From assembly GCA_051294375.1 (NCBI GenBank), contig CM119263.1, positions 20,364,115-20,428,114 on the forward strand: a stretch of 64,000 nt of DNA, written 5' to 3'. Below the pieces are notes generated by a model. The model had not been told where the DNA came from. It made no database searches and saw only the letters and a list, made by a program, of their open reading frames with translations. This document shows, piece by piece, positions 11,996 through 40,926 of the stretch. The stretch is from Paraspadella gotoi. Taxonomy: Eukaryota > Animalia > Chaetognatha. How positions within the stretch are numbered: the stretch's first letter is position 1; each line of letters begins with the position of its first letter. A program made the position numbers and the translations under genes.

Positions 11996-14900
11996 TATAT
12001 ATATATATATAATTATATATACGGTCGCTCAAAAAGGCTTCCCCTAGGGGCGATTGATGTCGCTGTCCCGTGGAGAAAAGATTTTTAATCATTTAGGGGA
12101 ACCCTTAATAAACCTAATAGACTACCCTTTGGGAACTAGATTTTTGATCTTTACAATCTTTTCCCCTCTCACTCTTTTTTTCTTTTTAAGTTTTTATTCC
12201 TTTTCTTTTTTTTTAATTTTTATTGCATACATAATTTATATATTAAAAATAAAAATAATTTAGAAGAATTTTAATATTTTTTAATAGTAATATTATATAA
12301 AAATATAATATTTTATAAAATAAAAATATATATTTTTTAATTTGATACCATATCCATTATTATTTATTATAATCATTTTTATATTTTATTTAAAACATTA
12401 AATTTAAATTAAATTCTTATTGTATTTTATTCCTAATGTAGCAGCTATTGGGTCAGGTTAGCAGTATACAGTTATTACTTTTATTCTGACGGTATACTTG
12501 AGAGATGATGGCAGTTATAAAAATCCATCAAAAAAGTCTCACCTTCCAGAATCCCGCAATGTAACCCACGCCAACTCCGTTGCAAAAGTAAATAAGGCTC
12601 AACTTCCAGAAGGACCTTGTGACAATCATCTCTTTCGGCGTGAAGTTTTGACGCATGTCAGTCTCTGGGGGGATTTTCTTTTCTGAAAAAAAAATCAATG
12701 TTTTATTTTTAAAATGTATATTTTTTTTTTGTGAAAAGTGATGAATGAAGTGTGAAGCTTACGAATGTTGTTTTGGAGAGAATCCGGCGTCTCCACGCCC
12801 TCGTTGATATTATCGGCAGGGGAACTGTTCGACTGTCAATTACAAAGCGTATTCAAGAATAAAGCAGAAAAAAATCAAGTTGCTAATTACCGATTTGAAG
12901 ATGCATGATAGTAATCCCCAACTTTTTTCTTTTTCGAAAATTATTAGGAGGGAGAGAATTTGCATAACAAAAAAAGTTGCGCCTGAATTGTAGAAAAATA
13001 CTTTGGTAAGTACATATTGCACCCATACCCTTAATCTCTCTACTTATCTTATTGTCGGTAAGATAAAAATAGCACTACCTTAATATACCGTCAGAATAAA
13101 CGCCTTCCTACTGGCGGGTCGATAAGGGCGACGTCAGAGGCTCCTACCGAGGAATGGCCTCTGGGTGTGTTCAAAAACTATACACCTGGTCAACCCCGTG
13201 GTTATTCCCCTTGGGGCACAAAGGACTGCCTTCCAAAGAGGTCACCCCAAGGTAGGACAAATTATCTACCCCTTCGGGCAATTTTTCCACTAGTTTTCCA
13301 CTACTAGCAAAAGAAGCCAGGCTTCCCGAATTGATTTTGTACCAATGCTTTTACATATACACTTTCTCTCTCTTTGACTCTTTGAGAGAGCAATCTAAGA
13401 AGAATTTGAGAGCAATACTGTACCCAAAATTATAAAGACGCCCGGGACTTTTTCAAGAATGGTCTCGTTGCGAAAGTAGCTTCCTCCTTTGTCTTCGACA
13501 GAGGGTAACAAATTATTTGGATTTAAATATTCGGTGATGACGAGATCAAAGATGGCGGTGCCGACGCCGATTCCGGTCAAAATTATGCCGTTAATTAGCC
13601 CTTTATCGTTGGGAAACCACTGAAAAAAAAATAATGTAATTATAATATTTCATATGTACGTACTAATATGACCAATTGACCAGGTAGCTGAGAGGATTTT
13701 CATTGAACTTCATTCCACAACAAATCTAATATTTCCTTGAGTCTGCGTTATTTTTCATTGTGTCGTACATCGGTAGCATTTAAAATGATTGGAAAAAAAT
13801 TAGAAAAAAATCATTCGAAATACATGTAGCTTTGAGAGCTAGACAATCTGAGGAAGAGCGAGTGAGAAACTCACCTCGCAGCAAATCCTTAAGGGCGTCG
13901 GGTAGGCGAGTCCTACCCCTATTCCTTGAAGGACGCCGTAGCTAAGGAGCAACATCCAGAAGGACTCTTTGATTGTCCAGAAAGAAATCACATTGGCGAC
14001 GCTCATGACAATGCTACCAAGCAGAATCGGCACCTTCATGTTACCCNNNNNNNNNNAAGAAATCACATTGGCGACGCTCATGACAATGCTTCCAAGCAGA
14101 ATCGGCACCTTCATGTTACCCGCCCATTTCCCTAGAGCACCGCCGAGGAACATTGTGAGCCCCATCGAGCAAGCGATGGTCGGATTGACCCAAAAGGCCT
14201 CGTCGTAGCTGAGGTCGCGCGGGGACGAGGAATTTCGGATGTAAGAGGTCGAGTAGGTCGTCAGGTTTCCTGGCGGGTCGAAGGTCGAAATTTTAAACAG
14301 TTTTGAATAATAAAATAAATTAAACCAATAAATTAAAAAAATTAAACCACCAAAGCCTGTCCAAAGTCTGAGGGAAGATAGCTCATTTATTAAATGAATG
14401 GATAATTTTTATATACAGATCTGCTCAAAAAAAAGTTTAAACTCTGAACCCCCTACTATCTCGCTTGACTGTCGTCCTATTAATTAAAATTTGGCTTCAT
14501 TTGAAAGCCAAGGCAAATATCTTTCATCCGAGCCCCTGACGAGGGTTTTAGGCTAAATATTATAGAAGCTGTGCTAAAATAAAAAAAGGATCAAAATTTT
14601 GTCTTACAATTTCCTTTTTTTTGCGGCTTTTCATGGAGGATAGAGCTCTTGGATATCTACAAAGCTAAAACCACTCAAAAATGTCATGAGGAAAATGGGA
14701 TCGAGGTGCTCAAAGTTGGCCCGGAAACTCACCTGACTGCAACTTCATCGAAAATGTTTGGTCAAGGATGAAAAGGGATATTTTGTAGTATAACGCCATG
14801 ACAGTTAACAAAATCTAAAAAATTATAAAATGAATTTGGGGAGCTGACCCTTTCATATTTGTACAGCCCCTACAAATCTCTCCCTCATTGCAGGGAGGTG

Positions 14901-15859
14901 GCGCTAAAAGAAAATAGTGGTCTGACAACGTATTAACTAACTGAGTCCTAAAAAATACTATTTTGATTCAAATAACGAAATAAAAGGCTTTTATCGTGAT
15001 ATAAATCCTTTCTTTTCGTTGTTTGGGACGATTAGAGACAGTTTGAGTTTAGTTTTGACAACGATTTTATTTAATTCAAAAACAGACATGTTTCGGCTTC
15101 ATTCATGAAGGCTTGAAATGAAGCCGAAACATGTCTGTTTTTGAATTAAATAAAATCGTTGTCAAAACTAAACTCAAACTGTCTCTAAAAGGCTTTTATC
15201 ATAACTATTACACTTTTTTTAGCAGATCTGTAAATTATATTGGTTGTACCAATTTCATAAAATTCGGCTCCTTGTATTTTGATGCATTTGATTTGATTTA
15301 TTTATTGTATTTGATGTATTCTTTGAAATATTATACCACTTCATTGATAGGGAAGACAGGCACTCTGGGAGTGAACAAACGAGACTGTGAGAGAGTCTTG
15401 ATTGAAAGCTTGCAGGGACCTGCTATGTCATTAGCTTGTAAGAGTAATGGAGGCCTTAAACCACCAAAACCTGTCCAAAGTCAGGGGCAAGATAACTTAT
15501 TTATTAAATGAATGGATAATTTTTGTATTGGTTGTACCAATTTCATAGTCACTACATGAAAGAGCATTTTTTAAATTTTTTCAGTCAAATGCAATTTTGT
15601 GATTCCATTTTACCATAAGTAAAAAAGGATCCCAGCGTGAAAAAGATCGTAACGCTTCCAATCAGCGTTGTCACCCCCCTTGCCGGAAGATTCATGAGCT
15701 TATTGGAGCCAAAAAGAATTAAATAATCATTTAATGTTTTTAACCACCTACTTTTTCTATAAGAAAACTTACCTTTTTGAGGAACGACACCAGCGAACTT
15801 GGTTCAGTGACTTGCACCATGACGTTTGGCACCAGCGGCCTATCATCTGTTGCCTCCAT
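10954..15859 (-). CDS. MFS transporter, oxalate:formate antiporter (OxlT)/monocarboxylate-transporter-like, 12 coding exons, ~491 aa
   Basis: GT-AG exons with consistent phases: 15859-15773, 15698-15614, 14269-13875 (includes a 65-nt gap-flanking duplication plus 10 N), 13619-13424, 12982-12891, 12832-12763, 12682-12543, 11950-11828, 11697-11577, 11510-11422, 11195-11099, 11009-10954. Motifs: FTLGSFFTYGNL, SYGVLQGIGVGLAY, WFPNDKGLINGIILTG, DDQFLAVIGSISSVVNGVGRIFWGKVADK, ARTFGLEYMAENFGLLF. Confidence 0.9.
14416..15230. mobile_element. Non-autonomous Tc1/mariner-type TIR element (MITE), 815 bp
   Basis: TA|CAGATCTGCTCAAAAAAAAGT ... ACTTTTTTTAGCAGATCTG|TA: terminal inverted repeats starting with CAG and flanking TA dinucleotides. 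It interrupts a Rep-A copy. Confidence 0.8.
15032..15188. mobile_element. Perfect palindrome with 72-bp arms; probable inverted Penelope-like pLTR fragment with a truncated hammerhead core
   Basis: 15032-15103 is the exact reverse complement of 15117-15188. The centre reads ATGAA-GGCTT-gaaatg-AAGCC-GAAA-CATGTC, followed by AATAAAATCGTTGT as in the 39389 copy. Confidence 0.65.
15318..15546. repeat. Rep-A copy
   Basis: Aligns by eye with 10717-10943, with scattered substitutions. Confidence 0.9.
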
Positions 15860-16996
15860 TTTTTTAAATGTTTATATCATTCATATAAGTACATATTATT
15901 CCATTTAAGACCATTTAATCATCGTTTCTATAAGAGCATTTAATTAGCAAAAAATACCGACTGTGTCTTGAGTTCTTGAGTTCATATTCCATCTCCTGCA
16001 AGACGTTATCGTTCTTTTTAAGTAAATGTCAATGTCAAATGTACTATCGAATACGTTGCTTTCATCACACAAAAATTAAATTACACTTTTTAGGAGATGA
16101 CTCACAGTTTTTTCGATAGAAAGAAAGTTTATTTTTCGCGAAAAAGAGACAAAAAATGTGGATGATTTTCCGAGAGAAAAAAATTGTGAAGACGACGAAA
16201 AGAACAAGAAAAACAACGACGAGAACGACAACGGCGAAGTTGGCCACTGGCCAGTGTCCGGTGGCCACTGTCCAGTTGTCCTTACGGACGAGAGAGAGAA
16301 AAATGATTTTTACTAATACAATACTAAAGCAAAAAAGACGACTCTACAATTTTCGATTATTTTCAATTAATAAAAGTAAAAAACGAAAGCCCGTTTTGTT
16401 ATAATCACATTGAGTTTTATCACTTATCAACAATTCGAGATTTTCTTGAGAAGATAGGCTGAAAGTTGTTCAGGTTTTTCTTGCTGAGAATTAGTTTAGT
16501 TTTCATCGATTTGAGAGATAATGAGAAAGTAAGATAGCACGATTTTTAATGAATAGACTTTTAGAAAAAAACTGGCTTTCCAGAGATATACATAAATTTA
16601 ATATAGAACAAAAACTTTGAACCAAAAACTAACTCTTACCATGTATGATTCTCTCTTCTTTATTGTTTTATTTCGTGTTTAAGTTTTAATATCAATTAAT
16701 TGTTACAAATCACCCATTAGAGAAACACGAGAAACAATCTTCTCGTAAATTTATTTTTCTTATCGTCATACCGCTTTTGAAAGTTGTGATATTATAGTTT
16801 TATATTCATTTCATTTGCCCTTTTATGCGACTAGATGATGTAATCTCGCTTCATTTGAATTTTGCCGCCAAAATGCAAAAACTCCTGAACAGATGCCGGA
16901 AGCGTCTTCACATGCTATGCAGACGCTCTCAACCTTTTTGGTATTAGCATAAAAACCGAGAAAAAAGACCATTCCTATGCAGATGATTGAGATGCG

Positions 16997-17051
<55 letters not shown>

Positions 17052-17574
17052 ACGCAAATAAGTAAGAAAAGAATCGAGATCAATGTATATTTTATCGATG
17101 ACACGATTAGAAACAAGTTGCGAGAATAAATGTCAGTCACGCAGCGAGCACTTATCTTTACATCATCCGAGACTTTAATTGTAAATTGATGTTAATAACC
17201 GTGTTAATAAAATATGGATGAGAGAGACAATTCAAATCGATAATAAAAAAAGTCAAATAAATCCAAGTCTGAGAATATTTTTTTTCGTGGTCCGGAAGAG
17301 CCTGGCATCGGTACAAAAAAAAAACAAAAAACGAAACAATCTTGACACAAAACAGTCGGCGAAAAGGGCATTCAAGACCGCAGAGGAATTGCGCCAAACA
17401 CGTTACGGAAAGCAATGTAACTATTTTGAGTTCACAAGATGAGCAAAATGAGGATGATGATGATGATTGTCGAAAAAATAGGCCATGACACGACGGTGAG
17501 GCCGTGAAAGTGAGTGAGGTAGGGTCAACGAGGGGGTGTGGCAAAGCTGAGAGATTAGTCAAACATCCGGGAGT

Positions 17575-17615
<41 letters not shown>

Positions 17616-17876
17616 TTTGATGTTATGTCACGAATCAGAGAAATTGAATACGAAACAAATCTCATGTGTTCCTATGATAAATGGTTTCTTAGAAAATGAA
17701 AAACATTCCTGATTCAAAATTCATATATTGAATTAATATTTTTTTTAAAATGGCCCACGAAAACTTTTTTTTCTCGAAAACCTAAACAGTGTGCCAACGC
17801 CCGAGGCGAGTCTGGGACCCTCGGTGTTTCCCGCCGATTTTTTTTTCTCAGGATCATTAGCCTAAGAAAGCTGCGC

Positions 17877-18027
17877 GCGCAAACCGGGCAGCAGCTCGAG
17901 ACCTCGCGGGAGGCGTTCAGGTCTTGCGCAAACCGGGCAGCAGCTCGAGACCTCGCGGGAGGCGTTCAGGTCTTGCGCAAACCGGGCAGCAGCTCGAGAC
18001 CTCGCGGGAGGCGTTCAGGTCGTGCGC
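17877..18027. repeat. GC-rich tandem repeat, 49-bp unit x3
   Basis: gcgcaaaccgggcagcagctcgagacctcgcgggaggcgttcaggtctt at 17877, 17926, 17975; a (TTTGGA)n run follows at ~18061-18089. Confidence 0.9.
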
Positions 18028-18983
18028 ACGCGACTCACAAGCCATTCGCTTTTTGCCAACTTGGATTTGGATTTGGATTTGGATTTGGACTCAAAAGAGT
18101 CGGTGGATCTTCCGTGCACTCGGCTCAGCTCAAAGACTTAGCGCGCGCGTGCACGTGGCGACTCAACCGCGTGGGCCGTGAGATTCGGCGACTGACGTCA
18201 GTTCTTTCTCCTACCTCAGGATTTTTAGCGAGAAGACTTTTTCGTCGTCGTTAAGTTAATGAGGGGGAAGGAAAAGTTATGGTCGAATATGACGATAATG
18301 ACAGATAAAGGGACGAGGGAAAATGGGGAATGATTATAATTAAGAAATTAACTGGACCGAGGAAAACAAAGCTAGAAACGTTTAGGGACGGAGGTTAGTA
18401 AGCAAAACGTTTCAACTCAATTCGTTGGGTTAATGACGAATGATTGGTTCCTAATGATTGGTTTTCGATGGTTAACTCTTTATTATCGCTGGTGTCGCGC
18501 GACTCCTGGAAAATTCAACTAATCTCTCTTGCGTTTGCGTGAGCGACGATTAATGTGAGATGCGAAAATGAAAAATAGATTAAATAATGGGAAAAAAAAA
18601 GGTTATGAAATATATTTTTGATGCGGACATTTTCAGGAAATAAAATCGAAGGAGCTTCGATGATGAAAAAAAAATCTGAAGGTTCTTACACAAATATTAC
18701 GATTGAAATACGATATGCATGAAAGCCACATTAAATTACGCAATTCTTGCGGTCTTTCCACCTACACTGAAAATAATTACACTAAAATAAGTATTCGACC
18801 GAGTAAAATTACAGGTAATACTGAAAAACGAAATCTCTTTGGAACGAATTTGAAAATTTTTTTTGTTTTTTTGGTTTGTTTTTGTTTTTGTTTTTTTTTT
18901 TGTTTATTTGTTTTTGACTAGACGGAATCAAAAATTAATTGACTAGGGACTAAAAACGCCTTTCGTTCCTCGCCGCAAGTTGC

Positions 18984-36342
<17,359 letters not shown>

Positions 36343-37308
36343 TTTGCATTTTCTGAACAAGTAGATTAAAGCTATAAAATATTTAACAAACATTAAAAAA
36401 ATGTTAAAGATTTAAAAAAAAAGAGGCGAATGCGATAGAGAGACAAATGACGAGCGAGGTTTAGCCGTAATAAGAGATTCAATTAACATCTAGTATCGAG
36501 ACCAAAATTCAATTTGAATGTTTCCAAAGCGGCTTTCGAGAGAGATAGTTCAAAGCCAATTAGTACCGCGAAAGCGAAATGGTTTCGTGAAGAACTCAAA
36601 CAACCACTGTTTTGTTTGTATAATATTTCGAGTTGAAAGGATGATTTTCATTTGGTTTTTTTTTTTTCTTAATTCAATATTCGATTCAAATTCGCGAGAG
36701 AATTTTTTTTTAAATTTTCTTGTCTTCGAATTTGAATTTTCTCTCTCTCTTTTTCTCTTTCTCTCGCTCTGATCTTATTTCCGCTCTTTGCCTTCAATCT
36801 TTCGCTAATGATTCTTGGAACCCGTTCAGTTTGCACGCAACACAGCGGGTGAAATTTACATTTAAGAAAAAAAGAATTTGAAATTCAAAAGAAAATGAAA
36901 AAAGACTAAAAAAGATACCGATCTTGAGTTTAAAGAATAACAAAGCGATCCTTGTTAAATTTTATCACATTAAGGTCAACATTTAACCATTTAAATTATA
37001 GAAAAGATTCAACAACTTTTTTTTACCTCATTCGTCTCCGAGACAAAAAAAAGCCGGAGGGACGTTGATGCAACAAAGCCAAGGGTCGTCATTGGATCCG
37101 CGTCTGCGGTGCCATTTTCGCCATCACGTGCCGACAACGCGTGCAGCCGCGCGAGGCCCGTCTCCTCCGCGCGCGCCTCGTATACGGAGGAAACGTCTGG
37201 GAGGCGGGGACCCGGATGTAATCCGACGACGCGGACGCGACATGAAGAGAAGGACAAAATCTGAAGGGAGAGCAGAGATTTTGATGGAAAGTCGGTCAGG
37301 ACTCAGGA

Positions 37309-37396
<88 letters not shown>

Positions 37397-37949
37397 TTAT
37401 TTCTACAAGTTCAGACGACTTACGTAAGGTGTTGTCATTCTATTTTAGTAAAATTTGAATAAATAGATTCTCAGAATATCAGTTTTAACTTTTAAGGAAA
37501 ATAAGATTCGTATTACGAATACTGAAATATGATTTTTAAACAAAAGATCATTAGTTAATAGCCAGCGCTACAATATGAAATCGGGAAATAGCGAAATTAA
37601 AAGGAAAGGAAAAAGAAGACGTCAATCTTGTATAACTATAAGTGCAAGGGTTTCGCCGGTTTCGGTGAGGAGTAATATAATCTATCATGTTATTTTCAGA
37701 TCTTGTCGACATTTTTTTGTAGATTTTTAAATTTCCATTTTTACTTACTTGTCGCGACTGATTTTTTTAACATCAGACTTGGAACTTTGAATTCAATCAA
37801 AGTTCTTAATGATATTTGTGATATTTCATATAATTGCGTGTATAAACTTGCACCCGGAGCCAGGAACTAGTTCGCGCTTACAATCGTAATCAGGATCAAA
37901 AAACGCGGCGACAGGAGCGACAACAGCGGCGGCGGCAGCTTCAGCCGAA

Positions 37950-37963
37950 GTCTTCGTGGAAAC
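37950..37963 (+). promoter_or_regulatory. Candidate RFX X-box upstream of THEG-like gene
   Basis: GTCTTCGTGGAAAC has consensus half-sites with a GT spacer, ~340 bp before the ATG. Confidence 0.3.
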
Positions 37964-38301
37964 CGAATTTCGTTTCGTGACGAGAAAAGTTGTCAACAGA
38001 GCAAAAAGAAAACAAAGTAACCAAACGAAATCGAGAGCCGAGCGGGCTCTGCTTTTTTTCTGTTTTTTTCTCTTGTTTTGTTTAAAGCCGTATTAACATA
38101 TTTTCACATATAATTGAACCCAAAAGAAAAAAAAAGCGAAGCAAAGCATCTTTCGGGAGTCCTTGATAGAGAGGCGCCGGCGACGGGGCCTTTGTTCAGG
38201 GAGCCTTTGAAGAAGAAAACAAAAGAAGGATAAAAAGAAAAATAAATATTTTCATTTTTGGGTTTTTTGTTTTCTGGATTTGGTTTTCGAGTCAAGAGTC
38301 T

Positions 38302-40926
38302 ATGGCCGATGTTGAAGGTAGGCAGACGTATTTGTTTTAAAATTATATAAAAACCGAAAAAAATATATCTGTTGTTGTACTTAAGCAACTAGTATTAATA
38401 CTATTAATAAACTGTCCAGTTGTACGACAATGTTATTTCTGAATATAATGTAACAAAACAATTACAAATCAAAAGCCCAATGTTTTTTTTCCTCTACTTT
38501 GCCTTACTAATCGCGCATCTCGCTCATAGGATCAGTTGAACTGTAAGTCCATTAAGATCAACTTGATATCTTAATTCTTTAAGCCATATACAGAAAGGGT
38601 TTTTTTAATAATTATGGTTCTAACCCTTACAGGCCCCGCATTGAGGTGTTAGCGAAGCCGAAGAGAAACCATAAGGTGATTTCAAGTCATTTAGTGAATG
38701 ACGGATGTTATTGAAAAGCTATGTCTGAGAAATTGCTATCGCTACCTTTGTTTTTAAAGAAATCATACAAAGAATAAAAGATGAAATTTTGATGCAGTGC
38801 ATGTTGTACGTTCTGTAGTCATGTGATCACCAAGAAATACACTTGAAAGAAAATCACTGAAGCGAAACACACATTGGAGTCACTGTTTCTTTATTTTTTT
38901 CTTTGTTTCTTTCCAACTGTCTTTCTTTCTTTTATTCTATATTTCAAGCATTTTCTAATTAGTATATTGCTCAATCAATAAAATTCTAGTTCTATCCCCA
39001 GTTGTGGGTGACAGAATTCGGACCGCGTCGACGATGGGGCAACCAGGACCCGATCGAGGACATCAAGCCCGCGGCGCTGAAGGCGACGGCGTCGATGCGG
39101 ACCGAGCAGCTGGCAAACCCGAAGACCAACTTCAGGAAGGAGGATTTATATATGTGAGGGTTGTGGCGTTCGGGGTTTAAAATTCGGAAGATGAATATTA
39201 ACAATCGACAAATGTTTATGGCAAAGGTGGGATTCTTACCTTTTTCAAATTATTTTTTTTCGCCTCGACGCATGTCTTCTCAACCTTCATATATAATATT
39301 ATATATATCTCTCTCTATCACTCTTTTTTTGTTTTGTTTTGTTTTTTGTTTTTTTGTTTTTTTTAGTTAAATTTCATATTTTGATGTTCTGAAGAAGACT
39401 CGTATGTGAGTCGAAACATGTCCGTTTCACTATGAAATAAAAATCGTTGTTAAATCTCTCTTCAAACTTTGTTCTAAGAGATTTACTGAAAATATATTGG
39501 GGTTGTACCGACGTCATAAATTTCTGATCCTGCTTCACCGCTTCCTCCGTCCAGAGCCCAGTTTGTGCACAGTTGCGGAAGAACTTCGCCGCTACGACAA
39601 ATTTCCGACGCAGCGCAGAAGAACGAATGTTCTGCTCGCGTGGAGCAACTCGCCAAGACTAAAGCCGTGCACACGGAACATCGGCCAAATTGGCGAGTTT
39701 ATTTTAAATTGACTGAATTTTTTATTTATCTATTAAACGACTGATCTATCCATCGTAGGCCGGCGTTCGAGCAGGGTAGTTGCGGGAGGGTATCTCCAAT
39801 TTGGGGCGTATCCAAGGCGGCGCTCAAAGGGGAAACAAGCGACAGGGTGGAGCAACTGGCGCGACCGCGTCCTCTGCACCCGCAGCACCGGATGGGCCAC
39901 TCGGCGGTTCATCGTCCGGTGCCGCCGGAGGCCTTGACGGCCAAATTGACGGGTATGGCTTATAGCGGTTCGCCAAGGATTTAATTTGACATCGTAGCAG
40001 TACGAGGCTGAGTAAGGACAGTGGCGAGGCAGCTTTAAGTTGTACCGCCACAACAGAAATTATTTTATTATTCATTCATTTATTCGTTCACTAAATAAAT
40101 CGATGATATCATAGATTATAACGAAACGTTTACGTTCTCCTCCCCCCCCCCACCACAATCACATCCCCGCAGCGCGGTTGGAACAGTTGGCGACCCCCAA
40201 AGACCGGCGCTCCGGCGACTTCCGCGACGCCGAGTGGCGCGTCTCCAAAGGCGCCAAAAGCTACACGACTTCCGTTCGAACGATGGAACTCTCCAAGGCC
40301 AACGGAGTCGCGGAAGGATTCACTCCGCAGCGCGATTGTGTTTGGCCCGTCACCGTAGCGGGTAGGGAAATTTTTGAAGCTGGGGCCAAGTTTACTTGAG
40401 AGTGTAGTAGGCGGGTGAGCGTTTAGATCGTCGGCCAACATCGAGGTGCAGTAAAAGCTATATATATCTCTCTTTGAATTCTTTTTTTTGTGATTTCTTT
40501 TACGGGATATTTAGGAAACCGTGTCGGATAAATTGTTTGGAAATTAAGCGAAATAAAGATAAATTATTGGATTTTTAAAATAATATTTTGATAATATTAT
40601 CATTTTTAATATTCCCAGAAAACTTTTCTATCAAAACTTTGGGTTTTATTTGCAGCTCGACATGCCATCGCAGGACCGAGAATCGATTCTTTGGCGCAGC
40701 CTGTAGACCGCCCCTCAATGGAGCTCGCACAGGTGAGTCTGCGAGACTCATGAATCCCGGGAAGCCTCGCTAAATCCGATTTTTTTCCTTCGAAAATTCG
40801 TTAAATTCGCCATCCTTTTTCTTCTTTAAGTTCGACCCCGCGGCTTTCGTCGTGAGCGACGCCGCCAAACGAGCAAAATGTTCACCCCGACTGGAAGAGC
40901 TCGCCCAACCACGAGTCTACAAATGA
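38302..40926 (+). CDS. THEG: THEG (testicular haploid expressed gene)/SPMAP2-like repeat protein, 9 coding exons, ~305 aa
   Basis: Exons 38302-38317, 38530-38542, 38633-38675, 39002-39153, 39555-39692, 39759-39952, 40173-40361, 40656-40732, 40831-40926. Repeated THEG motifs: RIEVLAKPK, WGNQDPI..AALKATASMRTEQLANPK, HSCGR, SPIWGVSKAALK..RVEQLARPR, CSPRLEELAQPR. Confidence 0.85.
39389..39476 (+). ncRNA. Minimal type I hammerhead ribozyme motif (Penelope-like element relic) in THEG intron 4
   Basis: CTGAAGA-A (39389-39396), stem II GACTC/GAGTC, GAAA (39413-39416), palindromic stem III ACATGT, GUC cleavage triplet at 39420-39422. Stem I is poorly paired, so it is probably degenerate. Confidence 0.55.

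Noticed and set aside
13982-14121. Apparent tandem duplication within MFS exon 3
   Set aside because: The 65-nt copies abut a 10-N gap and differ by one synonymous base (GGT/GGA). This fits an unmerged contig or haplotype overlap, and removing it restores a normal exon.
15131-15511. 126-aa ORF
   Set aside because: It is a chance read-through of the palindrome arm, MITE end and Rep-A; it has no domain signal.
17877-18027. CRISPR-like array
   Set aside because: The units are identical head-to-tail with no unique spacers, the context is eukaryotic, and there are no cas genes.
37009-37260. GC-rich exon-like block between the divergent 7TM and THEG genes
   Set aside because: It has an acceptor-like site but no recognisable product or partner exon. 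It could be 5' UTR or promoter sequence, so it was not called.
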